Below, in pieces: positions 42,332-52,965 of a stretch of 64,000 nt of DNA (positions are counted from its first letter, which is position 1; each line of letters starts with the position of its first letter). The notes beneath the pieces are model-generated. The model ran no database searches and had not been told where the DNA came from. It saw only the letters and a list, made by a program, of their open reading frames with translations. The translations under genes were made by a program, and so were the position numbers. The DNA comes from a bacterium (GTDB lineage Bacteria; Patescibacteriota; Microgenomatia; Daviesbacterales; UBA10151), in assembly GCA_021790255.1 (NCBI GenBank), contig JAJYIE010000002.1, positions 413-64,412 of the forward strand, in the 5' to 3' direction.

Positions 42332-43155
42332 ACCCGGATGAACCCATGAGTACAGAGCAGGCGGAAAAAGATGGATATTGGCTAAAAGGTGGCGGCAATG
42401 ATTTGTTGAAAGGAAAGCCTAACTGGCAGGAGTTTTTCATTTCCTTGCCGGATCACCAAAAGGCTTTTGTCGACCACTCCGCTCTGCGCTACTTGGGATG
42501 TATGGATGAGCGGGATAAAGGGAGACAGGAATGGAATGCGTACAAAATCGGCTTAGGCGGAGCGGCGATTGGTTACACGGAAAGAGTACCGGATTTTTTG
42601 CCGAAGCAGAGTATTTTAGTCGGAACATCATCCCATCGGCGCAATTGCGGTTATGCAACTTTATTCAAAGAGGAAAATGGTTTGGTTAATGAAACGGTAA
42701 ACCAGGTGGCTGATGACCAGGCTAAAATTACTGCCGAAATGCTCGGGATTCCTTACCTGGGTGTAGTTGAAGATTATAATATGAACCCTCCGGTGAATTT
42801 TCATCCGGCTCGGGCGATGTACTATGACGGCGGTGGATATTTTGTGCCTTATCTGACCCCGGAGTTGCCGGAAGGGCTTTTAATCAGCCGTGGGATGGTT
42901 TCCAACTCTGAATATAGCCGAAGACTTGCTAAAATTGCTATGAAAATTGTTCTGGAACATGGTTTTAGTAGGAGGTTTACTCAGGATTCTCCCTTTTATG
43001 CAGTGATTGTAACGGAACCGGGGGTAGGGATTGATAAAGAGGCTGCTACCGTAGAAGTCAAGCGGGCAATTGATGAGCTGACCAACGAGATTGGTGGGGA
43101 GTTTAACGGACATCTGCCGGTGAAGGTGGATTATATTGAGAAGGTTAGTGTGTAA
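42328..43155 (+). CDS. Uncharacterised soluble protein (275 aa) embedded between atpA and atpG, with an ATGA start/stop overlap to atpA
   Basis: ORF in the operon strand. No TM segments. Contains [10 protein letters not shown] ... SSHRRNCGY (CxDxR / HxxxCG), weakly reminiscent of a beta-carbonic-anhydrase-like Zn site, though the spacing is off by one. Confidence 0.6.
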   Translation: MNPDEPMSTEQAEKDGYWLKGGGNDLLKGKPNWQEFFISLPDHQKAFVDHSALRYLGCMDERDKGRQEWNAYKIGLGGAAIGYTERVPDFLPKQSILVGTSSHRRNCGYATLFKEENGLVNETVNQVADDQAKITAEMLGIPYLGVVEDYNMNPPVNFHPARAMYYDGGGYFVPYLTPELPEGLLISRGMVSNSEYSRRLAKIAMKIVLEHGFSRRFTQDSPFYAVIVTEPGVGIDKEAATVEVKRAIDELTNEIGGEFNGHLPVKVDYIEKVSV

Positions 43156-43226
43156 GTGATTGCATGTAGAGTGTGGAATAAGATTCCCGATAAGCTCGCC
43201 TTGTTTCCGGTACACCTTAACTAAAT

Positions 43227-45552
<2,326 letters not shown>

Positions 45553-45821
45553 TGCTTCCCTGGAAATAATCAATTGTATATTTATCGTCTTCTGAGAGCA
45601 TCATGATTTTATAGTATTCCATGCCCTCTTTGGGCTGCAGGAATATTTGCTCAATCATTGGATCATCAGCAGGGATAGCTTTACTGCTGGCAGGAAGAAT
45701 CCCGTTCTTACAGGTAAGCGGCGCATCAAAATATGTAAGGGCTACTGTTTACCGTAAAACTACACAACAAAAGACTGCACTGATTTGTCTGCCCTGCTGA
45801 TTTTGGTGTAAGATTATTAAT

Positions 45822-46271
45822 ATGCACTGGTTGAGGCAAGTTTACGATTTTATCTACGGCGAAAATAAGGGAGTCTCATTTATTGTTCTGATCTCTTTTC
45901 TGGTAACTTTTATCATCGCCCGCTCAATCATTTATATGATGGACCACAATGTTTTACCCGATTGGTATCTGTTCATGGGCCAAACACATGTCCACCACTT
46001 AAACTACGGCATATTTTTGCTGTCAATTTCGGGCTATTTATCATTGGTTTTTAACGGGAACAAGATTACCAAATGGCTGGGGATAATTTACGGGGTAGGT
46101 TTAGGGTTGACCTTTGACGAGTTCGCCATATGGTTTCATTTAAACGACAATTATTATGCCAGATTATCTTATGAGGCCGTGGTGGTGATTGCGGCGCTAC
46201 TGATTAATGTGGTTTATTTCGGTGACTTATGGGAAAAAATATTTTATTTCATTGTCCGCCGGAAGGAATAA
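45822..46271 (+). CDS. Hypothetical 4-TM membrane protein inserted between atpD and atpC
   Basis: ORF with four hydrophobic segments and an HVHHLNYG motif. Confidence 0.45.
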   Translation: MHWLRQVYDFIYGENKGVSFIVLISFLVTFIIARSIIYMMDHNVLPDWYLFMGQTHVHHLNYGIFLLSISGYLSLVFNGNKITKWLGIIYGVGLGLTFDEFAIWFHLNDNYYARLSYEAVVVIAALLINVVYFGDLWEKIFYFIVRRKE

Positions 46272-46514
46272 TGATGATTACGTCTTCATCGGCGTGGCTA
46301 GCTGAAAATAATTTCCATTTCGTCCCGGATCAGGCTGGGATGGTCAAGAAAGTATTGCCAGTCAAAAAACCGAAATCATTATCCTGGTTCCACCTGGGAT
46401 CTTTTCGAAAAACATATTTTTAGTAATCGCTTAATTTTTGCGGGTTCCCTGATGACAGCAGAAAGGAATCCCAGCGAAGCATTGTTAAAACTACCTTAGA
46501 AGGTTAGCGTACAG

Positions 46515-47099
46515 TCATTTTGTATTGGGGCGATTAGCCAGGTGGCCAACTTTTACAGTGGCTTGGTTTTCCCTGTTAGCTTGTCCTTCGATGCGCATTT
46601 CTTCCAGCGTTTTGCCGCTGTTAGGATCTATTTTATCCCGCAGGTCATTTCTTTGTAAGTAGGTACGGATTATCCGGCCTGCCAGGCGAAACAAAGACGG
46701 TTGAGGGTGCTGCTCTTGGGTGGACGGTGATTTTTGATCAAACCGGTCATTAACTTTTTTAAGCCTGGCCATAATTTCCTTTTTTTCTTCGTCCGATGGT
46801 TGTTTGGAAGCAATGATTTGATTGATTTTTTCGTCAGGATCGAAACTCCTCGCCTCTTGGGCAGCAGCAGATTCAGTGATTGGGGGCAAAGACGACTTTG
46901 GGGTATCAGGGGGATTTTGCTCATGAATAGCGGCAGCAGTGGTATTGAAAAAAGTAGCGAGGGCCAGTGCCCCCCGGAGCATGCCGCTTTTGCTGAACCG
47001 GTTCTCCGGGGAAAAAGCCGGCTTTTTTTTAGTGCTGGGCGTAATGTTTATTGATTCATCTGCCTGGGAGATGTCCGGACCAATTTCGCTCATAAGCAT
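46515..47099 (-). CDS. Hypothetical secreted/disordered protein (possible signal peptide at MLRGALALATFF...AAAIHE)
   Basis: ORF with low complexity (P/S/E/K/Q). The true start may be the internal Met near 46982. Confidence 0.35.
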   Translation of the reverse strand: MLMSEIGPDISQADESINITPSTKKKPAFSPENRFSKSGMLRGALALATFFNTTAAAIHEQNPPDTPKSSLPPITESAAAQEARSFDPDEKINQIIASKQPSDEEKKEIMARLKKVNDRFDQKSPSTQEQHPQPSLFRLAGRIIRTYLQRNDLRDKIDPNSGKTLEEMRIEGQANRENQATVKVGHLANRPNTK

Positions 47100-47187
47100 C
47101 AGCCTTGACCGGCTGCCTTAAAACATAATATCATACAAAAGTAAAAAGTTAAAAGCAGTTTTGATTTTTGACTTTTGAAGAAATTCT

Positions 47188-47598
47188 ATGGCTACCTTGA
47201 GCTTTAAGATCGTTACACCCGAAAATGAGGTTTTTAACGAAGAGGTGGAGATGGTGACTTTAACTACCAGGGATGGCGAAATCGGCATTCTCCCTCATCA
47301 CACTAATTTGATGTCGCAAGTGGTGGCCGGTGAGATGAGAATTAAAAAGGGCGGCAAAGAAATTGTGATGGCCACCGGTTCCGGGCTTTTGCAGATGGCA
47401 GATAATAAACTAACTTTGGCAACGGATCTGGCAGAAAAGGCGGAAGATATTGATGAAAAATCCGTAGAAGAAGCAAGAAAACGGGCGGAAGCAGCCCTAG
47501 AGCAGACCCAAACTAATGAGGAATACGCCACAGCCATGGCCAGTTTGGAGAAAGCATTGGCGCAGCTTAAAGTCAAACGCCACCACAAAAGCGGCTGA
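47188..47598 (+). CDS. atpC: F0F1 ATP synthase subunit epsilon
   Basis: N-terminal beta-sandwich LSFKIVTPE...GILPHH plus a C-terminal helical hairpin. Confidence 0.85.
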   Translation: MATLSFKIVTPENEVFNEEVEMVTLTTRDGEIGILPHHTNLMSQVVAGEMRIKKGGKEIVMATGSGLLQMADNKLTLATDLAEKAEDIDEKSVEEARKRAEAALEQTQTNEEYATAMASLEKALAQLKVKRHHKSG

Positions 47599-48168
47599 TT
47601 ACTCTTCAAATGAAAGCTCAGGCGGTGTGGACCAAATAGGTATAGGCAGGTTTTTGTAACGCGGGTTGGGTACAGCTTGCGGCTGGCCGTTAACCTCAGT
47701 AATGTAATAAGCCAACCCCTGCAGCTTTTCTATCTGCTCATAATCAGAAGGCAGGTGTCCTGCGCGCCAATCATCATAAGTTAAAAGTGGCTCTGCTCCG
47801 GTATTAACCAGGGCATGTCCGTATTGCGGGTGGATGACTACCTCATCCCCCGGCCCCAACTTTACAAGCAGCACTTCGTCCACCATTTCCGGTGTCCATG
47901 AACCGTTTTCGTAGTGCTTTTTCTGCAAAATAAGCACAGCGTGGCCGGAAATGAGATGATATGTTTCATTAACCTGGGTGCTGTGGTAGTGGCCGAAGGT
48001 TTTCGGGTACTCATCACCGATTTTACCCGGTGCAGTGACGGTTAGATTAGCCCATTTATCCGGGGTGATTTCCCCGAAAACCCAGTAAGCCGGGTCAACG
48101 CCGGTGGCTTGCGGATCCATAAGGACTGGTTTTAGACCGGATAGTTCCCTGATTGAATTTAGCCTCAT
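47599..48168 (-). CDS. Cupin-type glucose-6-phosphate isomerase (euryarchaeal cPGI family), 189 aa
   Basis: TFGHYHSTQVNETYHLISG and HPQYGHALVNTGAEP parallel the Pyrococcus cPGI metal-binding cupin motifs (TKGHFH...AEVY, PPYWAHRTVN). C-terminal NPRYKN matches NPRWKK, and the length equals the 189 aa of P. furiosus cPGI. Confidence 0.75.
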   Translation of the reverse strand: MRLNSIRELSGLKPVLMDPQATGVDPAYWVFGEITPDKWANLTVTAPGKIGDEYPKTFGHYHSTQVNETYHLISGHAVLILQKKHYENGSWTPEMVDEVLLVKLGPGDEVVIHPQYGHALVNTGAEPLLTYDDWRAGHLPSDYEQIEKLQGLAYYITEVNGQPQAVPNPRYKNLPIPIWSTPPELSFEE

Positions 48169-48189
48169 GGGATAAGTATACTACATTTT

Positions 48190-49164
48190 ATGGGCAACTT
48201 CTGGGCAAAGCTTAAAAAACCAATTACTGCTCTGGCTCCGATGGATGGTGTGACTGACTTTGCCTTCCGGGAGGTGGTGGTTTCCGTGGGTAAACCGGAC
48301 GTGATGTTTACCGAGTTTGTCAGTACGGATGGCTTATGCTCAAAAGGTCGAGACCAGTTAATCCAGCGGCTGAAATTTACCGAAGCTGAAAGGCCGATAG
48401 TGGCACAGATTTGGGGCAGCGATCCTTATAAATTTTATGAAGCAGCAAAATTGCTGCGGGAGCTTAAATTTGACGGTATCGATATTAACACGGGCTGCCC
48501 GCAGCGGCATGTTGTCAAAGTCGGCGGCGGAGCGGCGCTGATTATGCAAAATAACCTGGTTAAAGAAATAATTGAAGCAACCAGAAAGGGCGCCGGCAAT
48601 TTGCCGGTGAGTGTGAAGGCCCGCCTAGGTTTTGAGGAAATTAAAACCAAAGAGTGGATCGGCTTTTTGCTGAGCCTTAATCTGCCTGCCTTAACCATCC
48701 ATGCCCGGACCGCCAAAGAGATGTCTACTCCCCCGGCCCACTGGGAAGAAATCAGCAAAGCGGTTAAACTGCGGAATGAATCGGGCGCTAAGACTTTGAT
48801 TATCGGCAATGGTGATGTGAAAAGTTATGCGCAAATCGTCGAAAAGGCGGAAAAATGTGGGGTGGACGGGGTTATGGTGGGCCGGGGCATTTTGGAAAAT
48901 ATCCTGGTGTTTAACCAGAAAATTGACCCTGAAAAGATGACTCCAGCTGATAAAGCTGCGCTGCTGCAAAATCATCTGCGCATCCACTTGGAAAGCCAGC
49001 CGGCAAATTTGCGGCCGGAACAGGTTATTGGCCCGGTGAAAAAGTTTGTCAGGACCTACATCCATGGTTTTCCGGGAGCGGTGGACCTCCGGAAAAAATT
49101 GGTTCGGGTTCAATCTCCAGAGGAGATGACACAACTGATGGTTTCTTTTCCGAAAGTGGTGTAA
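48190..49164 (+). CDS. tRNA-dihydrouridine synthase
   Basis: LAPMDGVTDFAFR, a TIM-barrel FMN site, and the catalytic Cys region NTGCPQ. Confidence 0.85.
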   Translation: MGNFWAKLKKPITALAPMDGVTDFAFREVVVSVGKPDVMFTEFVSTDGLCSKGRDQLIQRLKFTEAERPIVAQIWGSDPYKFYEAAKLLRELKFDGIDINTGCPQRHVVKVGGGAALIMQNNLVKEIIEATRKGAGNLPVSVKARLGFEEIKTKEWIGFLLSLNLPALTIHARTAKEMSTPPAHWEEISKAVKLRNESGAKTLIIGNGDVKSYAQIVEKAEKCGVDGVMVGRGILENILVFNQKIDPEKMTPADKAALLQNHLRIHLESQPANLRPEQVIGPVKKFVRTYIHGFPGAVDLRKKLVRVQSPEEMTQLMVSFPKVV

Positions 49165-49177
49165 AATAACTTCCTTT

Positions 49178-49732
49178 TTGCAGAAAGGAGGTTTTTTGGG
49201 CATTGAGTCTACCCGGGAAAAAGATGAAATTGCCGAGCTGCTGGAAGCAGTTAAGCTGCCCAAGCAGCGGGAATGGGCGCGTGAGGGATTATCCCGGAAA
49301 ATTCTTAGAAACGATGATCTGAGCTCAGAGAGGTTGACTGTCGGGTACCGCCAATGGTTGGTGGCGGTCCACGAAGTTGGGCATGAGCTGGCTGCCAGAT
49401 ATTACAGCTGGTGGGTTTTAAGGGAGTCGGTTATTCCGTGTGGTAATACCCTCGGGGTAACGGAGGTTAAAACCGGCTTCGGGAAATTATTCCGGCAGAT
49501 TGTACGTGAGAGAATATACATCGGCTGGGGAGGTTTTGCAGCCAGGTTTCTTATCGGTCACGGTAATCCGGCGGATGGCACAGGCGCAGATTTTGCCCAA
49601 ATTCGGGCCCTGAACGGAGGCAGTCTGAGTGGCTCGGAGGGTTCTTTTAAGGCAGTTAACAGCTTTGGGGTGAGTTATCTTAATGACCGGTCATGGCAGC
49701 TCTTTGATAAGAAGGTTTTAGTGGAGACTTAA
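49178..49732 (+). CDS. Standalone FtsH-like M41 zinc-peptidase domain protein (no AAA+ module)
   Basis: VAVHEVGHEL (HExxH). SVIPCGNTLGVT parallels FtsH TIIPRGRALGVT. GGFAARFLIG...GTGADFAQI parallels YGGRLAEE...STGASNDI. Confidence 0.55.
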   Translation: MQKGGFLGIESTREKDEIAELLEAVKLPKQREWAREGLSRKILRNDDLSSERLTVGYRQWLVAVHEVGHELAARYYSWWVLRESVIPCGNTLGVTEVKTGFGKLFRQIVRERIYIGWGGFAARFLIGHGNPADGTGADFAQIRALNGGSLSGSEGSFKAVNSFGVSYLNDRSWQLFDKKVLVET

Positions 49733-49758
49733 AAGGATTTTCGTGGTAAAATTTTTGG

Positions 49759-50691
49759 ATGGTTGAGACTATCGAAAAACTACAAGCCAGCACCAAACCG
49801 TTGACTGCCATGGAAAGTCGGATGCTGGATTTGTATGCCTGGCACCTGGACTGGTTCCGTTTCCACGGCCAGGATCCGCGGCGCTGGCTTTGCCATCGTG
49901 AAACCATGATCGGGCCCGAGCCTTTTCAGACCCACTGGCAAAACTTACTGGATGATATCAAGGCCGGCAGGCAAAATTCTTTTTTTATTGAAAAAGGAGG
50001 CGATAATATCTTCGGACGTCTGCCGATATCAGCAGAAGGGGTTAAGAATATCCCGCCTGAAGGGGGCGCAGTTGCCGTTTTTAACCACACTGACCAAGGG
50101 CCGGCTCAGGGGTTGTGGGTACCTTGGGTGGCCAGGAAAATCTTTTCTGAGTATATTACGGCAGGTGATCAAATTCGCTACCCTTTTATTATGGCCAATA
50201 ACAAACATTATTTTGACGGGCTGGAAAGACACTGGCTGGTCCAAATTTCCCTTCATCCCTTGCCCTGGCCGGTCCGGGATTTTGTTCACCAAAAAATCCG
50301 TGACGGCCGGGCTAAATTTAAAAAGCATGCCGGCCGGATTATGCAAAATGTGGCCGTAGCAACCGGCATGATTTATGAAGGCAGCATGGGAGCTTGGGAT
50401 ATTATTGATTACATTAAACATGGCAATGTGATAGGGATTTTTCCTGGTGAAAGAAGCGAGTATCGGTTAAATGATGCGCAACGGGTTGGTAGAGCTGCCA
50501 GCACGATCCTGCGGCGTGCAGGGCAAAATGGCATTAAGGTTTTGCCTGTGGGGGTATGGGCGAGTCATGCTTATCACCTGAATATCGGCGAGCCGGAAAT
50601 ATTTTCGCCGGAAAAATACAGCTCTGCGGCTCAGATAGCAGTCCATACCAGGGAAATGCTTGCTGAATTGCTGCCCAGGGAAATGCGATAG
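49759..50691 (+). CDS. Lysophospholipid acyltransferase (PlsC/LPLAT family)-like protein
   Basis: VFNHTDQG (NHxxxD-like motif I) and IFPGERSE (FPEGTR-like motif III). Confidence 0.55.
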   Translation: MVETIEKLQASTKPLTAMESRMLDLYAWHLDWFRFHGQDPRRWLCHRETMIGPEPFQTHWQNLLDDIKAGRQNSFFIEKGGDNIFGRLPISAEGVKNIPPEGGAVAVFNHTDQGPAQGLWVPWVARKIFSEYITAGDQIRYPFIMANNKHYFDGLERHWLVQISLHPLPWPVRDFVHQKIRDGRAKFKKHAGRIMQNVAVATGMIYEGSMGAWDIIDYIKHGNVIGIFPGERSEYRLNDAQRVGRAASTILRRAGQNGIKVLPVGVWASHAYHLNIGEPEIFSPEKYSSAAQIAVHTREMLAELLPREMR

Positions 50692-50698
50692 CTTGATT

Positions 50699-50902
50699 TT
50701 AAGGTTTCCGTCCCTTGCGGCGGCCTTCCATATACTCCCCGCCCACATAGCCAATGCTTGTGGCAACTGCGGAAAGCGGAAGGATGGGGGCAAAAAATAT
50801 ACCTATTCCAAGACCGAACATCCCGATATTACGGAACCTTTTCAGGTTTCTCTCAGTAAATCCCGGCTTATCACTGAACATCTCTGCTGATTCAATTTTC
50901 AT
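50699..50902 (-). CDS. Hypothetical small membrane protein (67 aa)
   Basis: ORF with one hydrophobic helix. Confidence 0.25.
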   Translation of the reverse strand: MKIESAEMFSDKPGFTERNLKRFRNIGMFGLGIGIFFAPILPLSAVATSIGYVGGEYMEGRRKGRKP

Positions 50903-50925
50903 AACAGGAGTGCATTATACAACAT

Positions 50926-51615
50926 TTAGCGCTGGCGGATGGTAATCCGGCTTAAGGTTTGCTCCACCGCGCTGTGTTGCGCCTTGAGCGGTTGATCCTG
51001 ATTTTCGAGATACACTGAACTTAAGACATTAGCCGCGTTGCGGATAGCAGCCGGGGAGCCTTTAATGAGAACGACCTTATTTACCAGGCCATCAAATTCT
51101 CCGTCAACCGTAAGCAGTTCATAAAGCTTTGAATTGATATTGGGGTGTTCAAAGCCGTATTTAATATAGGCCGCCCGCATTTTATGTTTCAGCCCACTTT
51201 CTATGTCCAGCCGAAAACAAGTGGAAAGTTCATCGGCCTCCGTTAAAAGCTGTTGAGCAGTAAAATCATTAATCTCGCTTTGCCTGGATAGATTTTTAGC
51301 CCGAATCCGTTTACTAGTGGAAACACGGCTAAGTAAATCAAGAAGCGGATTGCGGGCAGCCCTGGATAATTCAAGGCCGTTTTTGTTGATAATGTATCCG
51401 GCAAAATAGTGTTGAAATATAAGTTCCTGAAAAGTATTTAAAGAGAAGCGCCGGGTAACCGAGTATTTGGTCATAAAATCATAAGTATTGGTAAAAGCCT
51501 GTTGCCAGAGATCAGCCGCAAATCTGCGGTCTTGTTCGGTAATAAGAATGTCTGCTTCGCTAGTATTCATTTCCTTGAAGCGTATTGTACAACAAGTTTT
51601 AGATAATTTCTCCAC
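50926..51615 (-). CDS. Hypothetical protein (229 aa)
   Basis: ORF only. No motifs recognised. Confidence 0.4.
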   Translation of the reverse strand: MEKLSKTCCTIRFKEMNTSEADILITEQDRRFAADLWQQAFTNTYDFMTKYSVTRRFSLNTFQELIFQHYFAGYIINKNGLELSRAARNPLLDLLSRVSTSKRIRAKNLSRQSEINDFTAQQLLTEADELSTCFRLDIESGLKHKMRAAYIKYGFEHPNINSKLYELLTVDGEFDGLVNKVVLIKGSPAAIRNAANVLSSVYLENQDQPLKAQHSAVEQTLSRITIRQR

Positions 51616-51653
51616 AGTTTAGATTTTGCGGTAAAATATGTCACAATAACCTC

Positions 51654-52628
51654 ATGCCCGAAAAAGATTCTGTCCCGGTCCAATCGGGATTTGCCTATCT
51701 TATTCCCTTGCTTGTTGGCGTTGTTTTGCTGGGCGCTGTTTTAGTTGCCTTCCAAACTACCCAACCAGTATTTTTATCTAATATGCTGGCTGCCCCCTCG
51801 CCTACTCTGTTTCCCTCGCCAGCTCCCAGGCCGACTCCTACGCCAACCCCCTCCCACATCCCGACTCCAACGGTTATACCTACTCCGACAGCCAAACCTA
51901 CTCCGAAACCTGTATCCGGCCCGCCGGGAGTTGGTTTAAGCTCAATGACTGTAGCCACGGAAAAAGGCAATTTCCGGGCGACTGTCCTGGCGGTTGACCT
52001 AAACTTGACTAAGATGCTTACCGACAGTGGTAACGACGGTGAATGTGGGAATAACTGCACCGTAATGCCGCTGCAAAGCTACGTAGTCCGGAATAACGGC
52101 TTTGCCGGCGTGAACGGGACTTATTTTTGCCCCGCTACTTATCCGGAATGTGCCGGCAAGACCAACTCTTATGATTTCCCCATATACAACAGCCGCCTGG
52201 GTCACTGGATTAACCAGGGCAATCTCTTCTGGAGAGAAATGCGGGCAATAGTTTATATTGACGGATCAGGCGCCCATTACCTCCAAAATGCCAACAGTTT
52301 TTCCGGAGGGCTTTCGGCGGGAATTGTCAATTACCCGGGCTTACTCTCCGACGGCATCGTCCAGATTGATGATAACCAATCGGGTTGTTCGGATAAGCAA
52401 AAAGCGGCTGGTTTGAAAGTGGGAATTGGAGTAAGAGACACAAAAAATATTATGATTGTCATAGCCCAAAACGTAACCATGCAGCAGTTTGCTTATGTGT
52501 TTAAGGCTTTGGGGGCAAAAGGAGCGCTGAACTTGGATACCGGGGGCTCGACAGCACTTTATTACAACGGCAGTTATACTTACGGCCCGGGACGCAACCT
52601 CCCCAACGCCATTATCTTCACGAGGTAA
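51654..52628 (+). CDS. Membrane-anchored phosphodiester glycosidase (NAGPA-domain) protein with Pro/Thr-rich linker
   Basis: N-terminal TM, a (PTPT)n linker, and a C-terminal ALNLDTGGSTAL motif typical of the phosphodiester-glycosidase family. Confidence 0.6.
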   Translation: MPEKDSVPVQSGFAYLIPLLVGVVLLGAVLVAFQTTQPVFLSNMLAAPSPTLFPSPAPRPTPTPTPSHIPTPTVIPTPTAKPTPKPVSGPPGVGLSSMTVATEKGNFRATVLAVDLNLTKMLTDSGNDGECGNNCTVMPLQSYVVRNNGFAGVNGTYFCPATYPECAGKTNSYDFPIYNSRLGHWINQGNLFWREMRAIVYIDGSGAHYLQNANSFSGGLSAGIVNYPGLLSDGIVQIDDNQSGCSDKQKAAGLKVGIGVRDTKNIMIVIAQNVTMQQFAYVFKALGAKGALNLDTGGSTALYYNGSYTYGPGRNLPNAIIFTR

Positions 52629-52639
52629 ACTGCCTCTCC

Positions 52640-52668
52640 TTGCCTTGAGGCTCCCGAAACGGTAAAAT
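52640..52668 (+). promoter_or_regulatory. Sigma70-like promoter for tRNA-Tyr (TTGCCT -35, 17-nt spacer, TAAAAT -10)
   Basis: Hexamers read directly from the sequence. The -10 ends 11 nt before the tRNA 5' end. Confidence 0.4.
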
Positions 52669-52679
52669 ATCAGTTGGAT

Positions 52680-52752
52680 CCTGAGGTGGCAGAACGGTTG
52701 ATGCGCTGGTCTGTAAAACCAGTTTAAGTTGGTCCGACTCCAACCCTCAGGA
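52680..52752 (+). tRNA. tRNA-Tyr (anticodon GUA), class I (5-nt variable loop), C1:G72, A73, no encoded CCA
   Basis: Hand-folded. Perfect 7-bp acceptor (CCTGAGG/CCTCAGG), U8, A14, G18G19, a 5-bp anticodon stem CTGGT/ACCAG with loop CUGUAAA (U33, GUA, A37), and a perfect 5-bp T-stem GTTGG/CCAAC with G53 T54 C56 G57 A58. Position 55 is C rather than U, and the D-stem is 3 bp plus a G13.A22 mismatch. Confidence 0.6.
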
Positions 52753-52764
52753 CATTGACAAAAG

Positions 52765-52792
52765 ACCCCGCTTTGACGGGGTTTATTTTGTT
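52765..52792 (+). terminator. Rho-independent terminator after tRNA-Tyr (ACCCCG-ctttga-CGGGGT then TTATTTTGTT)
   Basis: 6-bp stem followed by a U-rich tract, 13 nt downstream of the tRNA. Confidence 0.55.
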
Positions 52793-52965
52793 AATATTCA
52801 TAGGTTGAAAGAGGCGGACTACCCGGCACGTCTAGTGCGGGGTTGTTCGAAGACGCGAAGTGTCGCAAGGTTCTGCCCGAAGGGCAGGTTCTTACTCTTA
52901 CCCCCAGGACCAAAGAAAAATTCCGACCCTAGCGGCTCCTAAAAACTCGGAATGACTCGGAAGAT

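Noticed and set aside
42328-43155. Calling the atp-embedded ORF a beta-carbonic anhydrase
   Set aside because: Only a CxDxR/HxxxCG resemblance was seen, with non-canonical His-Cys spacing and a shorter inter-motif distance. It is kept as a hypothesis, not an annotation.
52836-52860. GGGGTTGTTCGAAGACG looks like a T-loop (GTTCGAA) of a second tRNA next to tRNA-Tyr
   Set aside because: No complementary T-stem or acceptor stem could be paired on either strand.
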